Assembly: GCA_963837965.1 (NCBI GenBank)
Contig: CAWIPY010000004.1
Span: 175,335 to 239,334 of the forward strand
From: an uncultured Pseudomonadota bacterium
GTDB lineage: Bacteria > Pseudomonadota > Alphaproteobacteria > Rhizobiales > Xanthobacteraceae
DNA length: 64,000 bases
Reading direction: 5' to 3'
Each line of letters begins with the position of its first letter. Position 1 is the first letter of the stretch. A program made the translations under genes and the position numbers. The notes beneath the pieces were generated by a model. The model did no database searches, was not told where the DNA came from, and saw only the letters and a list, made by a program, of their open reading frames with translations. Of the stretch, positions 40,797 to 50,348 are shown one piece after another.

Positions 40797-42122
40797 ATGA
40801 CGACGACGCCGCATCACGGTGCGCAGATAGAAGAGATAGAGCAAGAAGTCGATCACGTACTCGGCTCCGAATACGAGCATACGCCCGTTCCCATGAGCGC
40901 GCGGCGCAGCATGTTCTCGGTGACCATGGTGTGGATCGGCTTCCCGATGATCATCACCGGAGCGATGACGGGGTCGATCCTGGTGGCCGGCATGGGCTTC
41001 AAGCGCGCGCTTGTCGCCATGATCGTCGGTAACTTGATGATGTTCGCCTATGTCGGCGCGCTCGGCGTTCTCGGCACCCGCCGGGGCATGAACTACGCGC
41101 TGCTCGCCAGCATCGTCTTCGGCCGCAAAGGCTATGTCTTTTCGTCCGGCCTCCTGGCGACGCTGCTGCTCGGCTGGTACGCGGTGCAGACCGGTATCAC
41201 CGGCAATCTCGTCAGCAGCACCTACCACGTCAATTACGTGCTGATGACGGCCATCGCCGGCATTCTCTATATCGGCATCACCTTCATCGGCGTGCGCGGC
41301 CTGCACTGGATCGGAATGATCTCGGTCCCGCTCTTCGTGATCCTCGGCGCGTGGGTGGCAATTGACGCCGCGGCTGGATCGGGCTGGAGCGCGGTCGTCA
41401 ACTATCCCGGCAACAACGGCGCCGCCACCATGTCGATGGGCGTCGGCCTTACCGTGGTATTGACGCTGTTCGTCGATGCCGGGACCGTGACGGCGGACTT
41501 CAATCGATGGGCGAAGGATACGACGAGCTCGCTGGTGTCGACGTTCAGCGCGTTTCCGTTCGCCAATCTGCTCGCCATGTTGGCAGGTGGCGTCATGACT
41601 GCCGCGCTGGCCAAGCCGAACGCCAATCCGTTCGGCGCCGACAACATGTTCGGCTACATGAACAGCATGCAGATGGTGTGGCTGAGCGCCCTGGCGTTCC
41701 TGTTCCTCTACTGCAACCTCGGCTCGGTCTGCTCGCACTGCCTCTATAACGCGGCGACCGGCTGGTCGCGCATCTTCGGCAGCCATATGCGGCTGCTGGC
41801 GGTCATTCTGGGCGCAATCGGCATCGTCATCGCCGCCGGAAACGTCTGGGCCTACTTCATCCAGTGGCTGTCGCTGCTCGGCATCCTGGTGCCGCCGATC
41901 GGGGCGATCATCCTGGTCGATCAGTATGTGCTGCGGCCGAATTCGGACGTCGAAAAGGATTGGCGGTCGTCGGCTTTCATCGCCTGGGCGGCCGGCTCGA
42001 TCGTGGCGTTCTTCGTCAACAGCTATGCCCCGGACTGGTCGACCGCGATCTCCGCTTTCGTGGTGGCAGGCGTCGTCTACTGGGGTCTGGGCGCGTTCAT
42101 GCCCAAGCACGCGTTCGCCTGA
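40797..42122 (+). CDS. NCS1 / cytosine permease (CodB-like)
   Basis: About 12 TM segments; VPMSARR, GWYAVQTG and LVPPIGAIILVD motifs. Confidence 0.88.
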   Translation: MTTTPHHGAQIEEIEQEVDHVLGSEYEHTPVPMSARRSMFSVTMVWIGFPMIITGAMTGSILVAGMGFKRALVAMIVGNLMMFAYVGALGVLGTRRGMNYALLASIVFGRKGYVFSSGLLATLLLGWYAVQTGITGNLVSSTYHVNYVLMTAIAGILYIGITFIGVRGLHWIGMISVPLFVILGAWVAIDAAAGSGWSAVVNYPGNNGAATMSMGVGLTVVLTLFVDAGTVTADFNRWAKDTTSSLVSTFSAFPFANLLAMLAGGVMTAALAKPNANPFGADNMFGYMNSMQMVWLSALAFLFLYCNLGSVCSHCLYNAATGWSRIFGSHMRLLAVILGAIGIVIAAGNVWAYFIQWLSLLGILVPPIGAIILVDQYVLRPNSDVEKDWRSSAFIAWAAGSIVAFFVNSYAPDWSTAISAFVVAGVVYWGLGAFMPKHAFA

Positions 42123-42203
42123 ACTCACGAATGACACGAGGGCGCGCCGCCGAGCGGCGCGTCCTCGCGTGAATCAACCAGCAAGACGATGGACTGTAGG
42201 ACC

Positions 42204-43223
42204 ATGACAATAGACTATGAAATATATGATTTGGGCGACGTGCAGCTTCAGCGCGGCGCGACGCTGCGCGATTGCAAGCTCGCCTACAAGACGTTTGGCA
42301 AGCTCAACGCCGACAAGAGCAACGCCATCGTCTATCCGACTTGGTACTCGGGCCAGCACTACGACAACGAATGGCTGGTCGGGAAAGGCATGGCGCTCGA
42401 TCCCGACAAGTATTTCATCATCATCCCCAATATGTTCGGCAACGGCCTCTCGACCTCGCCGAGCAACACGCCGCCACCCTATAACGGCCCGCGCTTTCCG
42501 CAGGTCACCATGTACGACAATGTGCGCGCGCAGCACCGCCTGGTCACCGAGAAGTTCGGCATCAAGAAGCTCAAGATGGTCCTCGGCTGGTCAATGGGCG
42601 CCGGGCAGACCTTTCAGTGGGGCGCGCTCTACCCCGACATGATGGAGTTTCTGGTGCCGTTCTGCGGCTCGGCAAAATGCGCGCGCCACAACTTCGTCTT
42701 TCTCGAAGGCGTCAAGGCGGCGCTGACCGCGGACGCGGCTTTCAACGAAGGCTGGTACAAGGAGCAGCCCAACAAAGGCCTGCGCGCCGCGGCGCGCGTC
42801 TATGCCGGCTGGGGCTTCTCTCAGGCCTTCTATCGCCAGGAGCTTGACATCAAGGCCCTCGGCTTTTCCTCGCTCGAGGATTTCCTGGTCGCATTCTGGG
42901 AAGGCTTCTTCATGCCGAAGGACGCCAACAACCTGCTGACCATGCTGTGGACCTGGCAGTACAGCGACCTCAGCGCCAACGAACTCTACAACGGCGACGT
43001 CAAGAAGGCGCTGGGCGCGATCAAGGCGAAAACCTACGTCATGCCCGGAAAGACCGATCTCTACTTCCCGCCGGAGGACAGCGAGAACGAAGTGGCCAAC
43101 ATGCCCAACGCCGAGCTCATACCGATCCCGTCGGTCTGGGGTCACTTCGCGGGCGGTCCGGGCACCAATCCCGACGACGTGAAGTTTCTGGACCAGAAAC
43201 TGAAGGAGCTTCTGGGAAGCTAG
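42204..43223 (+). CDS. Homoserine O-acetyltransferase-like alpha/beta hydrolase
   Basis: LAYKTFG, PNMFGNG, GWSMG, TDLYFPPED and WGHFAG (Ser/Asp/His) motifs. Confidence 0.85.
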   Translation: MTIDYEIYDLGDVQLQRGATLRDCKLAYKTFGKLNADKSNAIVYPTWYSGQHYDNEWLVGKGMALDPDKYFIIIPNMFGNGLSTSPSNTPPPYNGPRFPQVTMYDNVRAQHRLVTEKFGIKKLKMVLGWSMGAGQTFQWGALYPDMMEFLVPFCGSAKCARHNFVFLEGVKAALTADAAFNEGWYKEQPNKGLRAAARVYAGWGFSQAFYRQELDIKALGFSSLEDFLVAFWEGFFMPKDANNLLTMLWTWQYSDLSANELYNGDVKKALGAIKAKTYVMPGKTDLYFPPEDSENEVANMPNAELIPIPSVWGHFAGGPGTNPDDVKFLDQKLKELLGS

Positions 43224-43245
43224 TCGAGCTCACGGGGAGAATGGC

Positions 43246-44691
43246 ATGGCGGGCGTTGGTGAAATCTGCCGCATGGACGCGGTCAGTATTGCGAAGGCGG
43301 TGCGTGAGAAGAAGTTGTCGCCGGTGGAGGTGGTCGACGCTTCGCTTTCGGCAATGGACGAACTGGAGCCGAAGCTGCACGCCTTTTGCACGCCGACGCC
43401 CGACCTTGCGCGCGCCCGCGCCAAGGAGATCGAGCGGGACATTGCCGCCGGCAAGCCGGTCGGACCGCTTGCCGGCGTTCCCATCGGGATCAAGGATCTG
43501 GTCTGCACCAAGGGCATCGCCACCGTCTCCGGCTCCGTCGCCTATCGCGATTTCGTCCCCGATGAAGACGACGTGGTGGTCGAGCGTCTTGTCGCGGCCG
43601 GCGCCGTGATCGTCGGCAAGACGAACGTGCCTGAGTTCGGCTACAGCGGCGTCGGCCATAATCCGGTGTTCGAGACCACGCGCAACCCGTGGAACACCGA
43701 GATGACATCGGGCGGGTCGAGCGCCGGCTCGGGCGCCGCCGTCGCCGCGGGCATGTGTCCCTTCGCCATCGGCAGCGACGGCGGCGGATCGGTCCGCATT
43801 CCGGCCGCGCATTGCGGCCTCTATGGTCTCAAGGCGTCCATGGGGCGCGTTCCGCTCTATCCGGGCACCAAGGACGAACGTTACCCCGGCGTCTCGAGTT
43901 GGGAGAGCCTCGAACATATCGGCCCCATCAGTCGGACGGTGGCCGACAGCGCGCTGATGATGTCGGTGATCGCCGGTCCCGATCCGCGCGATCGGAACAG
44001 CCTGCCGGAGGCTTCGTTCGACTGGACCAAATGCGCCGAGGGCGATCTCAAGGGCCTTAAGGTGGCCTACAGCCCGGACTGGGGCTATGCCGCGGTCGAT
44101 CCGCGCGTGCGCAAGATCGTCGGCGATGCCGTTCGGGTCTTCGAACGGGATCTCGGCTGCAGCGTGGAAGAGGCGCATCCCGGATGGGACGATCCCTACG
44201 CCGCGTTCTGGGGCATCGTTGCCGCCGAATCCGACCTGGTCGGCCTGCGCGCGATGGCGGACAAGTATGAAGCGCAGATGACGCCGCACGTGGTCGATTT
44301 CATCCGCCGCAATTGGACCGCCGAAGAGCTCACAAGCGCGGTGATGGGCCGCAAGGCGGTTAATAACAAGATGTGGCGTTTCATGCAGAAATACGATCTG
44401 CTGTTGACGCCGACGCTGGCCGTGCCGGCGTTCCCCGTGCACGTCCAGGGGCCCGAGAAGATCGACGGGCAAATCGTGGCGCCGTTCCGTTGGCTGGCAT
44501 TCACGTTCCCGCTGAATCTGACGGGTCAGCCGGCGGCGACCGTCCCGGCCGGCTGGACCGAAGACGGGCTGCCCGTCGGCATGCAGATCATCGGCCGCCA
44601 CCTGGACGATCCGCTGGTCTTGCGCGCCTCGGCGGCATTCGAGCAGGCGCAGCCCTGGAAGGACCGCTGGCCGCCGATTTCTGTCGACTGA
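43246..44691 (+). CDS. Amidase-signature family amidase
   Basis: [19 protein letters not shown] and [12 protein letters not shown] (Ser-cisSer-Lys triad) motifs. Confidence 0.93.
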   Translation: MAGVGEICRMDAVSIAKAVREKKLSPVEVVDASLSAMDELEPKLHAFCTPTPDLARARAKEIERDIAAGKPVGPLAGVPIGIKDLVCTKGIATVSGSVAYRDFVPDEDDVVVERLVAAGAVIVGKTNVPEFGYSGVGHNPVFETTRNPWNTEMTSGGSSAGSGAAVAAGMCPFAIGSDGGGSVRIPAAHCGLYGLKASMGRVPLYPGTKDERYPGVSSWESLEHIGPISRTVADSALMMSVIAGPDPRDRNSLPEASFDWTKCAEGDLKGLKVAYSPDWGYAAVDPRVRKIVGDAVRVFERDLGCSVEEAHPGWDDPYAAFWGIVAAESDLVGLRAMADKYEAQMTPHVVDFIRRNWTAEELTSAVMGRKAVNNKMWRFMQKYDLLLTPTLAVPAFPVHVQGPEKIDGQIVAPFRWLAFTFPLNLTGQPAATVPAGWTEDGLPVGMQIIGRHLDDPLVLRASAAFEQAQPWKDRWPPISVD

Positions 44692-44862
44692 CGACGATAA
44701 AAGGCAGCGCCCCCATCGATGCCGCGCTGGCGGTAAAAACGAGCGCCGCAAAGGGCGCGTTTGCGGTCCGGCGGCGGTACGCTTGCGTCGCTTTTGCGCG
44801 AGCGCCATTTCAAGCTAACATGATTTCAGGCTGTGCGATGCTTCGCCCCACAGGTATGACCA

Positions 44863-45183
44863 ATGCGAATTCTGCTGGCCGCCTGCATCCTCGCAACTCT
44901 GCCGCTTGCCGCACCGGCGCGCGCGCAGGATCCGGTGGTGCGCGGCCACAAGCTGGCCGAGACTTTCTGCGCGGAGTGCCACGCCATCGGCAAGACGGGC
45001 AAGAGTCCCAACGAGGCCGCGCCGCCGTTCCGCCGCTTCGGTAGCCTGTTCGATCTCGACAGCTTCCCACGGCGCGTGATGATGCACGGCCTCGCGTCGA
45101 ACCATCCCGACATGCCGCAATTCGACATGAGCGCGCGCGACGCGGTGGCGCTGCGCGATTACATCAGGACGCTGCAGGAGTAG
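44863..45183 (+). CDS. Small periplasmic cytochrome c
   Basis: Signal peptide, CAECH heme motif, HPDMP distal Met. Confidence 0.88.
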   Translation: MRILLAACILATLPLAAPARAQDPVVRGHKLAETFCAECHAIGKTGKSPNEAAPPFRRFGSLFDLDSFPRRVMMHGLASNHPDMPQFDMSARDAVALRDYIRTLQE

Positions 45184-45191
45184 TTCTTGCT

Positions 45192-45279
45192 GTCATCACC
45201 GGGCCGGCGCGAAAGCGCCGTGACCCGGTGATCTATCTTTGCGAAAAGGATGGATTGCCGGGTCAAGCCCGGCAATGAC
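45192..45279. repeat. REP-like palindromic element
   Basis: GTCATCACCGGG...GATGGATTGCCGGGTCAAGCCCGGCAATGAC. Confidence 0.85.
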
Positions 45280-45287
45280 CAATCGCC

Positions 45288-46253
45288 CTAGCGATCGATC
45301 GTGATCTCGTCCGTGCGCGCGCGCGACACGCAGATCATGATGTGGTCCTTGCGCTCGTGATCGGCGAGCACCAGGTCGCGGTGGTCGGCCTCGCCGGCCA
45401 GGAGCTTGGTGCGGCAGGTGCCGCAGGTGCCGGTCTCGCATGAGCTCGGCACTTCCAGCCCGTTCTCCCGCAGCACTTCCAGGATGGTCTTGGTCACCGG
45501 CACCTCGACCACCTTGCCCGAGCGGGCGAGCTTCACGCGGAACGGCTTGTCGGTGGCCTTGTGCGTCTCCGCCTCGCTGAACGCCTCGAAATGCACCGCC
45601 GTGGGCGACCAGTGGTCGGTGAAATGGCGCACCGCCTCCATCAGCGGCCGCGGCCCGCAGCAATAGAGATGCTCGCGGTTCTTGCGCTCGGCCAGGATCG
45701 GTTTCAGGTCGAGCGCGCAGGACGGGTCGCCCTGGTCGTGATGGATCATCACGCGATCGGTGAATTCCGGCTTGCTCAATTCATCGGCGAAGGCGGTCGT
45801 TTCCGCCGAGCGCGTACAATAAAACAGGCGGAAGCTTTTGCCCTGGCGCCGCACCTCGCGGATCATCGCCATGATCGGCGTGATGCCGATGCCGCCGGCA
45901 ATGAAGAGGAAATTCTGCGCGCGCGGCGGCAGGCCGAAATCGTTGACCGGCGGCGCCACCATCAGTTCGTCGCCGGCCTTGACGCCGTCGATCAGCGCCG
46001 AAGAGCCGCCGCGCCCATTCGCCTCCCGCTTGACCGCGACCTGATAGCGGTCGCGTTCGGCCGGATCGTTGCACAGGGAGTATTTGCGCAAGAGCCCGTT
46101 CGGCACCCTGATGGTGATATGCGCGCCGGCGGAAAATTCCGGCAGCGGCTTGCCGCTAAGGTCGCGGAATTCGATCAGGTTGATGCCGTCGGCGATCGCC
46201 TCGTTGCGCGTCACGCGCAGCGGCATCATTTGCGGTTCTTCGCTTGCAGCCAT
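45288..46253 (-). CDS. PDR/VanB-type FMN/[2Fe-2S] oxidoreductase
   Basis: RKYSL, GGIGITP, CCGP and CETGTCGTC...C motifs. Confidence 0.93.
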   Translation of the reverse strand: MAASEEPQMMPLRVTRNEAIADGINLIEFRDLSGKPLPEFSAGAHITIRVPNGLLRKYSLCNDPAERDRYQVAVKREANGRGGSSALIDGVKAGDELMVAPPVNDFGLPPRAQNFLFIAGGIGITPIMAMIREVRRQGKSFRLFYCTRSAETTAFADELSKPEFTDRVMIHHDQGDPSCALDLKPILAERKNREHLYCCGPRPLMEAVRHFTDHWSPTAVHFEAFSEAETHKATDKPFRVKLARSGKVVEVPVTKTILEVLRENGLEVPSSCETGTCGTCRTKLLAGEADHRDLVLADHERKDHIMICVSRARTDEITIDR

Positions 46254-46341
46254 CTCACCCCCGGCTCAGACCGTCGAGAGGGAACGAGTGGCGGTTTTGC
46301 GCGACACCCGCAAGTGCCGCGGCGCATGCGCGCCATACGGC

Positions 46342-46989
46342 CTAAATTTGCAGGATCGAGCCGAAGTCGAAGTTCTCGCCTTTTGGATTTTCACCAATTT
46401 GAATCTTTTTGTCGTTGACGAAATTATAGGGCGGCACCGGCAGGTTGTAGGGCGCCGGCACGCCCGCATAGACGCGGCCTGCCAGATCGTATTTCGAACC
46501 GTGGCAGGGACAGAAATAGCCGCCCGGCCAGTCGGTGGTCGGCGTGGTCGGATTGGGCTGCGGGAAGAAAGACGGGATGCAGCCGAGATGGGTGCAGATG
46601 CCGACCAGCACGCCGAATTCCGGCTTGATCGAGCGGTGCCAGTTCTGGGCATAGGTCGGCTGCTGGTGGTTGTCCGACTGCGGATCCGACAGCCGGTCGA
46701 GCACTTCTTTCGATTGCAGCATTTTCAGCGCTTCCGGCGTGCGGTTGATCACGAAGATCGGCCGGCTGCGCCAGCGCACCTGCACCTGCTGGCCGGGGGC
46801 CACCTTGGTGAGGTCGAGTTCGACCGGCCCGCCGGCGGCAAGCGTGGCCGCGTCCGGGTTCATCTGGTCGATCAGCGGCACCAGGGTGGCGGCGGCGCCG
46901 ACCGCGGCGACCGCGCCGGTCGCAATATAGAGGAAGTCACGGCGGGAAGGTTCTTCGGGCGGATCGATAGATGAAGTGGTGTGGGACAT
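46342..46989 (-). CDS. petA: Rieske iron-sulfur subunit of cytochrome bc1 type, standalone
   Basis: SRRDFL Tat motif, CTHLGC, CPCHGS and PAPYNL; no petB/petC alongside. Confidence 0.9.
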   Translation of the reverse strand: MSHTTSSIDPPEEPSRRDFLYIATGAVAAVGAAATLVPLIDQMNPDAATLAAGGPVELDLTKVAPGQQVQVRWRSRPIFVINRTPEALKMLQSKEVLDRLSDPQSDNHQQPTYAQNWHRSIKPEFGVLVGICTHLGCIPSFFPQPNPTTPTTDWPGGYFCPCHGSKYDLAGRVYAGVPAPYNLPVPPYNFVNDKKIQIGENPKGENFDFGSILQI

Positions 46990-47314
46990 GAGCAAGACCG
47001 GATTTACGTCGCCGCCCCCATGACGGATCGCTTACCCGTCACCAAGGCCTAATCTATAGGGAAACGCCGCCCGGGGAACAACGTTCAAGGCACGCCGGAA
47101 CTTTTTTTGCAGAGCGGCAAATCAGCGCGTGAGCGGCCGCCGCCACGGCGTTTTCCGCGTGACCGGGGTGGTTGGCCGCATGGTGGGACGGCCGGGGCCG
47201 TGGCGGGGGCCCAAGCTTAGCAAGGCCCGTCGCTGCTTTGAACCTCTGCGCCGGGGCAGGCGACCCATGGCCGGGAGATGTGGAAGGCACATCTCGTAAA
47301 CAGGAGAGACCACC

Positions 47315-47572
47315 ATGTTTCGCAGGCTTGTCATCACCCTCGCCGCCACCGCCGTTGTCACCGCCGGCGCACTCGCGCCCTCGGCGGCTTCGGCCAAGGG
47401 CTGGCATCACGGGCATCACTGGCACCAGTGGCATCATTCCTGGCGCCATTTCTCCGGCGGAGTCTACCTCGGCGCCTACCCGGCCTATGCCGGCACCGGC
47501 TGCTACGTCGTCCGCAAGGTCGTCTGGACCCATCACGGCAGGCGCGTGCGCCGCGTCGCGATCTGCGACTGA
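47315..47572 (+). CDS. Small secreted His/Trp-rich protein
   Basis: RBS AGGAGAG, signal peptide ending ASA, GWHHGHHWHQWHH, C...C tail. Confidence 0.7.
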   Translation: MFRRLVITLAATAVVTAGALAPSAASAKGWHHGHHWHQWHHSWRHFSGGVYLGAYPAYAGTGCYVVRKVVWTHHGRRVRRVAICD

Positions 47573-47819
47573 GCGAGCCGCCCCCCGAGGCTTGCCGGCG
47601 CAGCCCGGCTCCGCCTGGGCGGAGCCGGGACGTCATTGTTCTTCTTGCCCCGCCCGCTTCCCCGGCCTTTTTATCCAAATCCGCCGCAATTGGGCGCGCC
47701 ATCCGTGGTGCACTCGCGCCCTTTGCGGAGTTCTGCTAGTGGGGGCCGGCGTCCTTGGCGGGACGCGCGGCATTGCGGCGGGCTTTCGCGCGAGGCCGCG
47801 GGCGGGTTCCGGAGGAAGA

Positions 47820-48884
47820 ATGCTCAGGTTGGTGCGCGCGGTGGCGCGCTTTTTCCAGCACACCATCGGGTGGCATCGCATCGGCGTGGTGCTCAGCGTC
47901 GCCATCATCGCGATCGCGGTGGTCGTGCTGTTCCACACGCTGCATAACCTGAAGATCGACGAGGTGGGCGCGGCGCTGAAGGCCATCAAGGACAGGAATA
48001 TTGCCATCGCGGCCGTTTGCGTCGCCGCCGGCTATTTCACGCTCACCTTTTACGACTGGTTCGCGCTGCGCACCATCGGCCGCACGGAGGTCCCTTATCG
48101 GATCGCCGCGCTCTCCGGCTTCACCAGCTACGCGATCGGCCACAATATCGGCGCCACCGTATTCACGGGCGGCGCCGTGCGCTACCGCATCTATTCGGCC
48201 TGGGGGCTGTCGGCCATCGAGGTGGCCAAGATCTGCTTCGTTTCCGGCCTTACATTCTGGCTCGGCAACGCCACGGTGCTTGGCTTGAGCGTCGTCGTCG
48301 AGCCGCACGCCGCGGCGCCGATCACCCAGCTTCCCGGCTGGATCAATCGCGGCATCGCGATAGCGATCCTGGTCGTGCTGTTCTCCTATCTCGGCTGGGT
48401 GTGGAGCGCTTCGCGCGAGATCGGCCAGCGCGAGTGGAAAGTGACCCTGCCGAGCGGGCCGTCGACCCTGGTGCAGATCGTGATCGGTCTGTGCGACCTC
48501 TGCTCCTGCGCGCTCGCCATGTACATGCTGCTGCCCGGCGAGCCGAATATCGGCTTTGTCACGCTGCTCGTGGTGTTCGTCTCCGCCACCATGCTCGGCT
48601 TCGCCAGTCACGCGCCGGGCGGCCTCGGCGTGTTCGATGCCGCGATGCTGGTGGCCTTGTGGGAATTCAACAAGGAAGACCTGGTGGCGGGGCTGCTGCT
48701 GTTCCGGCTGCTCTATTATCTCGTGCCGTTCGCGGTCGCGCTCTCCATATTGGGTACCCGCGAGCTGATTTTCATGCGAAGGCACAAGAGGCTGCCGCAC
48801 CCGCAAAAGCTGGAGGTGGCGGAGCCCCTGATCAGCGAGATAGAGCGCCAGAAAACCGACGCCGATTGCCATGGCAACCGATGA
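47820..48884 (+). CDS. UPF0104/YbhN lysylphosphatidylglycerol-synthase-TM family membrane protein
   Basis: YDWFAL, GGAVRYRIYS, HAPGGLGVFDA and FRLLYY motifs. Confidence 0.88.
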   Translation: MLRLVRAVARFFQHTIGWHRIGVVLSVAIIAIAVVVLFHTLHNLKIDEVGAALKAIKDRNIAIAAVCVAAGYFTLTFYDWFALRTIGRTEVPYRIAALSGFTSYAIGHNIGATVFTGGAVRYRIYSAWGLSAIEVAKICFVSGLTFWLGNATVLGLSVVVEPHAAAPITQLPGWINRGIAIAILVVLFSYLGWVWSASREIGQREWKVTLPSGPSTLVQIVIGLCDLCSCALAMYMLLPGEPNIGFVTLLVVFVSATMLGFASHAPGGLGVFDAAMLVALWEFNKEDLVAGLLLFRLLYYLVPFAVALSILGTRELIFMRRHKRLPHPQKLEVAEPLISEIERQKTDADCHGNR

Positions 48885-50094
48885 GAGCAATCTGCCCGTC
48901 CGCGCCGGCTGGCTCGCCCGTCTGCGCGAGGCCTGGGGCGTTCTGTTCGGCGACAGCGTGTTGCCCGGCACCGCTGCCGGCGCACCGGCCGTAAGCGGAC
49001 GCGGCACCGCGCCGGCGCAGATGCTGCTGATCGACTCGCTGATCGCCGGCCTGCCGCAGCCGGCCATCGTGCTCGATCGCGACGCTCGTGTCCTCGCCTT
49101 CAACGAGGCGGCGGCGGCTATCGCACCGGCCCTGCGCCGGGGCGAACCCGCGCTCATCACGCTGCGCATGCCGGAGCTGGTCGATGCCATCCGCCGCGCC
49201 ACAAAGCGGCGTGAGCAGCAGCGGGTGGAGTTCTTCGAGCGCGTGCCGCTCGACCGCTGGTTCGAGGCCTTCGTCACCCCGATCAGGCTGGCGGCCGGCG
49301 CGGAAAGCGGCGGCAGCGCCGACATGCTGCTGATGACCTTCAACGACCTGACCCCCTTGCGCCGCGTCGAGGAGATGCGTGCCGACTTCATCGCCAATGC
49401 CAGCCATGAACTGCGCACACCGCTCGCCGCCTTGCTTGGTTTCATCGAGACCCTGCAGGGGCCCGCCAAGAGCGATGCCGCGGCGCGCGAGAAGTTTCTG
49501 GCCATCATGCAGGGCCAGGCCTCGCGCATGGCCCGGCTGATCGACGATCTGCTGTCGCTGTCGCGTATCGAGCTCAATGCCCATCTGCAGCCGAACACGC
49601 CGGTCGATCTGGTGCCGATCGTGCGTCAGGTCGCCGACGGCCTGCAGATGCTGGCGCGCGACCGCGGCGTCGACATCAAGGTCAACGCGCCCGGCGAGCC
49701 GGTCATGGTGCTGGGCGATCGCGACGAGCTGATCCGCGCGCTCGAGAACCTGGTGGAGAATGCGCTCAAATACGGCGCCGCCGGCAAGCGGGTCGATATC
49801 ACGCTGACCCGCGGCCAAACCCGTGCCGGCAGCCCGGAAGCCCGCCTGATGGTCCGCGACTACGGCCCCGGCATTGCGCCCGAGCACCTGCCGCGCCTGA
49901 CCGAGCGCTTCTACCGCGTCGACGTCGCCGACAGCCGCGCCCAAGGCGGAACCGGGCTGGGGCTGGCGCTGGTCAAGCATGTGCTCAACCGCCACCACGG
50001 CGGCCGTCTCACCGTGGAAAGCACGCCCGGCTCCGGCGCGGCTTTCACTATGCATGTACCGTTACCCACCGGCGATTTTACCGTCTCAAAGTAA
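48871..50094 (+). CDS. phoR: Phosphate-regulon sensor histidine kinase
   Basis: FIANASHELRTPL, NALKY, DYGPGI, RLTERFYRVD and GTGLGL motifs; upstream of pstS. Confidence 0.9.
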   Translation: MATDESNLPVRAGWLARLREAWGVLFGDSVLPGTAAGAPAVSGRGTAPAQMLLIDSLIAGLPQPAIVLDRDARVLAFNEAAAAIAPALRRGEPALITLRMPELVDAIRRATKRREQQRVEFFERVPLDRWFEAFVTPIRLAAGAESGGSADMLLMTFNDLTPLRRVEEMRADFIANASHELRTPLAALLGFIETLQGPAKSDAAAREKFLAIMQGQASRMARLIDDLLSLSRIELNAHLQPNTPVDLVPIVRQVADGLQMLARDRGVDIKVNAPGEPVMVLGDRDELIRALENLVENALKYGAAGKRVDITLTRGQTRAGSPEARLMVRDYGPGIAPEHLPRLTERFYRVDVADSRAQGGTGLGLALVKHVLNRHHGGRLTVESTPGSGAAFTMHVPLPTGDFTVSK

Positions 50095-50119
50095 TTTCAT
50101 TATAATTCAGATACTTAGG

Positions 50120-50148
50120 CTGTCACCAAGCTGTCATCTCACTGTAAT
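50120..50148 (+). promoter_or_regulatory. Triple Pho box
   Basis: CTGTCAC-CAAG-CTGTCAT-CTCA-CTGTAAT, 11-bp period, upstream of pstS. Confidence 0.9.
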
Positions 50149-50348
50149 AGTACGGTGACCTGCGGCCCATAAGGCTGGCTGCGGCTTCGGATTGTTCGCA
50201 CCTGCAACAAGAAACTCCGTCCGAAGCTGGATTTCGGAGTGCGTCTAGAACCAAGCGCGGCCGCCCGGGCGACGGGCATTTAGGCGGAAAATCACGGGCA
50301 GCAATGTCCGCGAATGCCTTTGGCCGCAAACCCTAATGGAGAGACCCC

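Noticed and set aside
42204-43223. Calling this gene metX
   Set aside because: The fold matches, but the context (amidase, ANTAR control, no SAM riboswitch) argues against methionine biosynthesis
19238-44860. A single large tRNA-Phe island extending to about 44.7 kb
   Set aside because: No further att copy or integrase found; kept only as an inference in the findings
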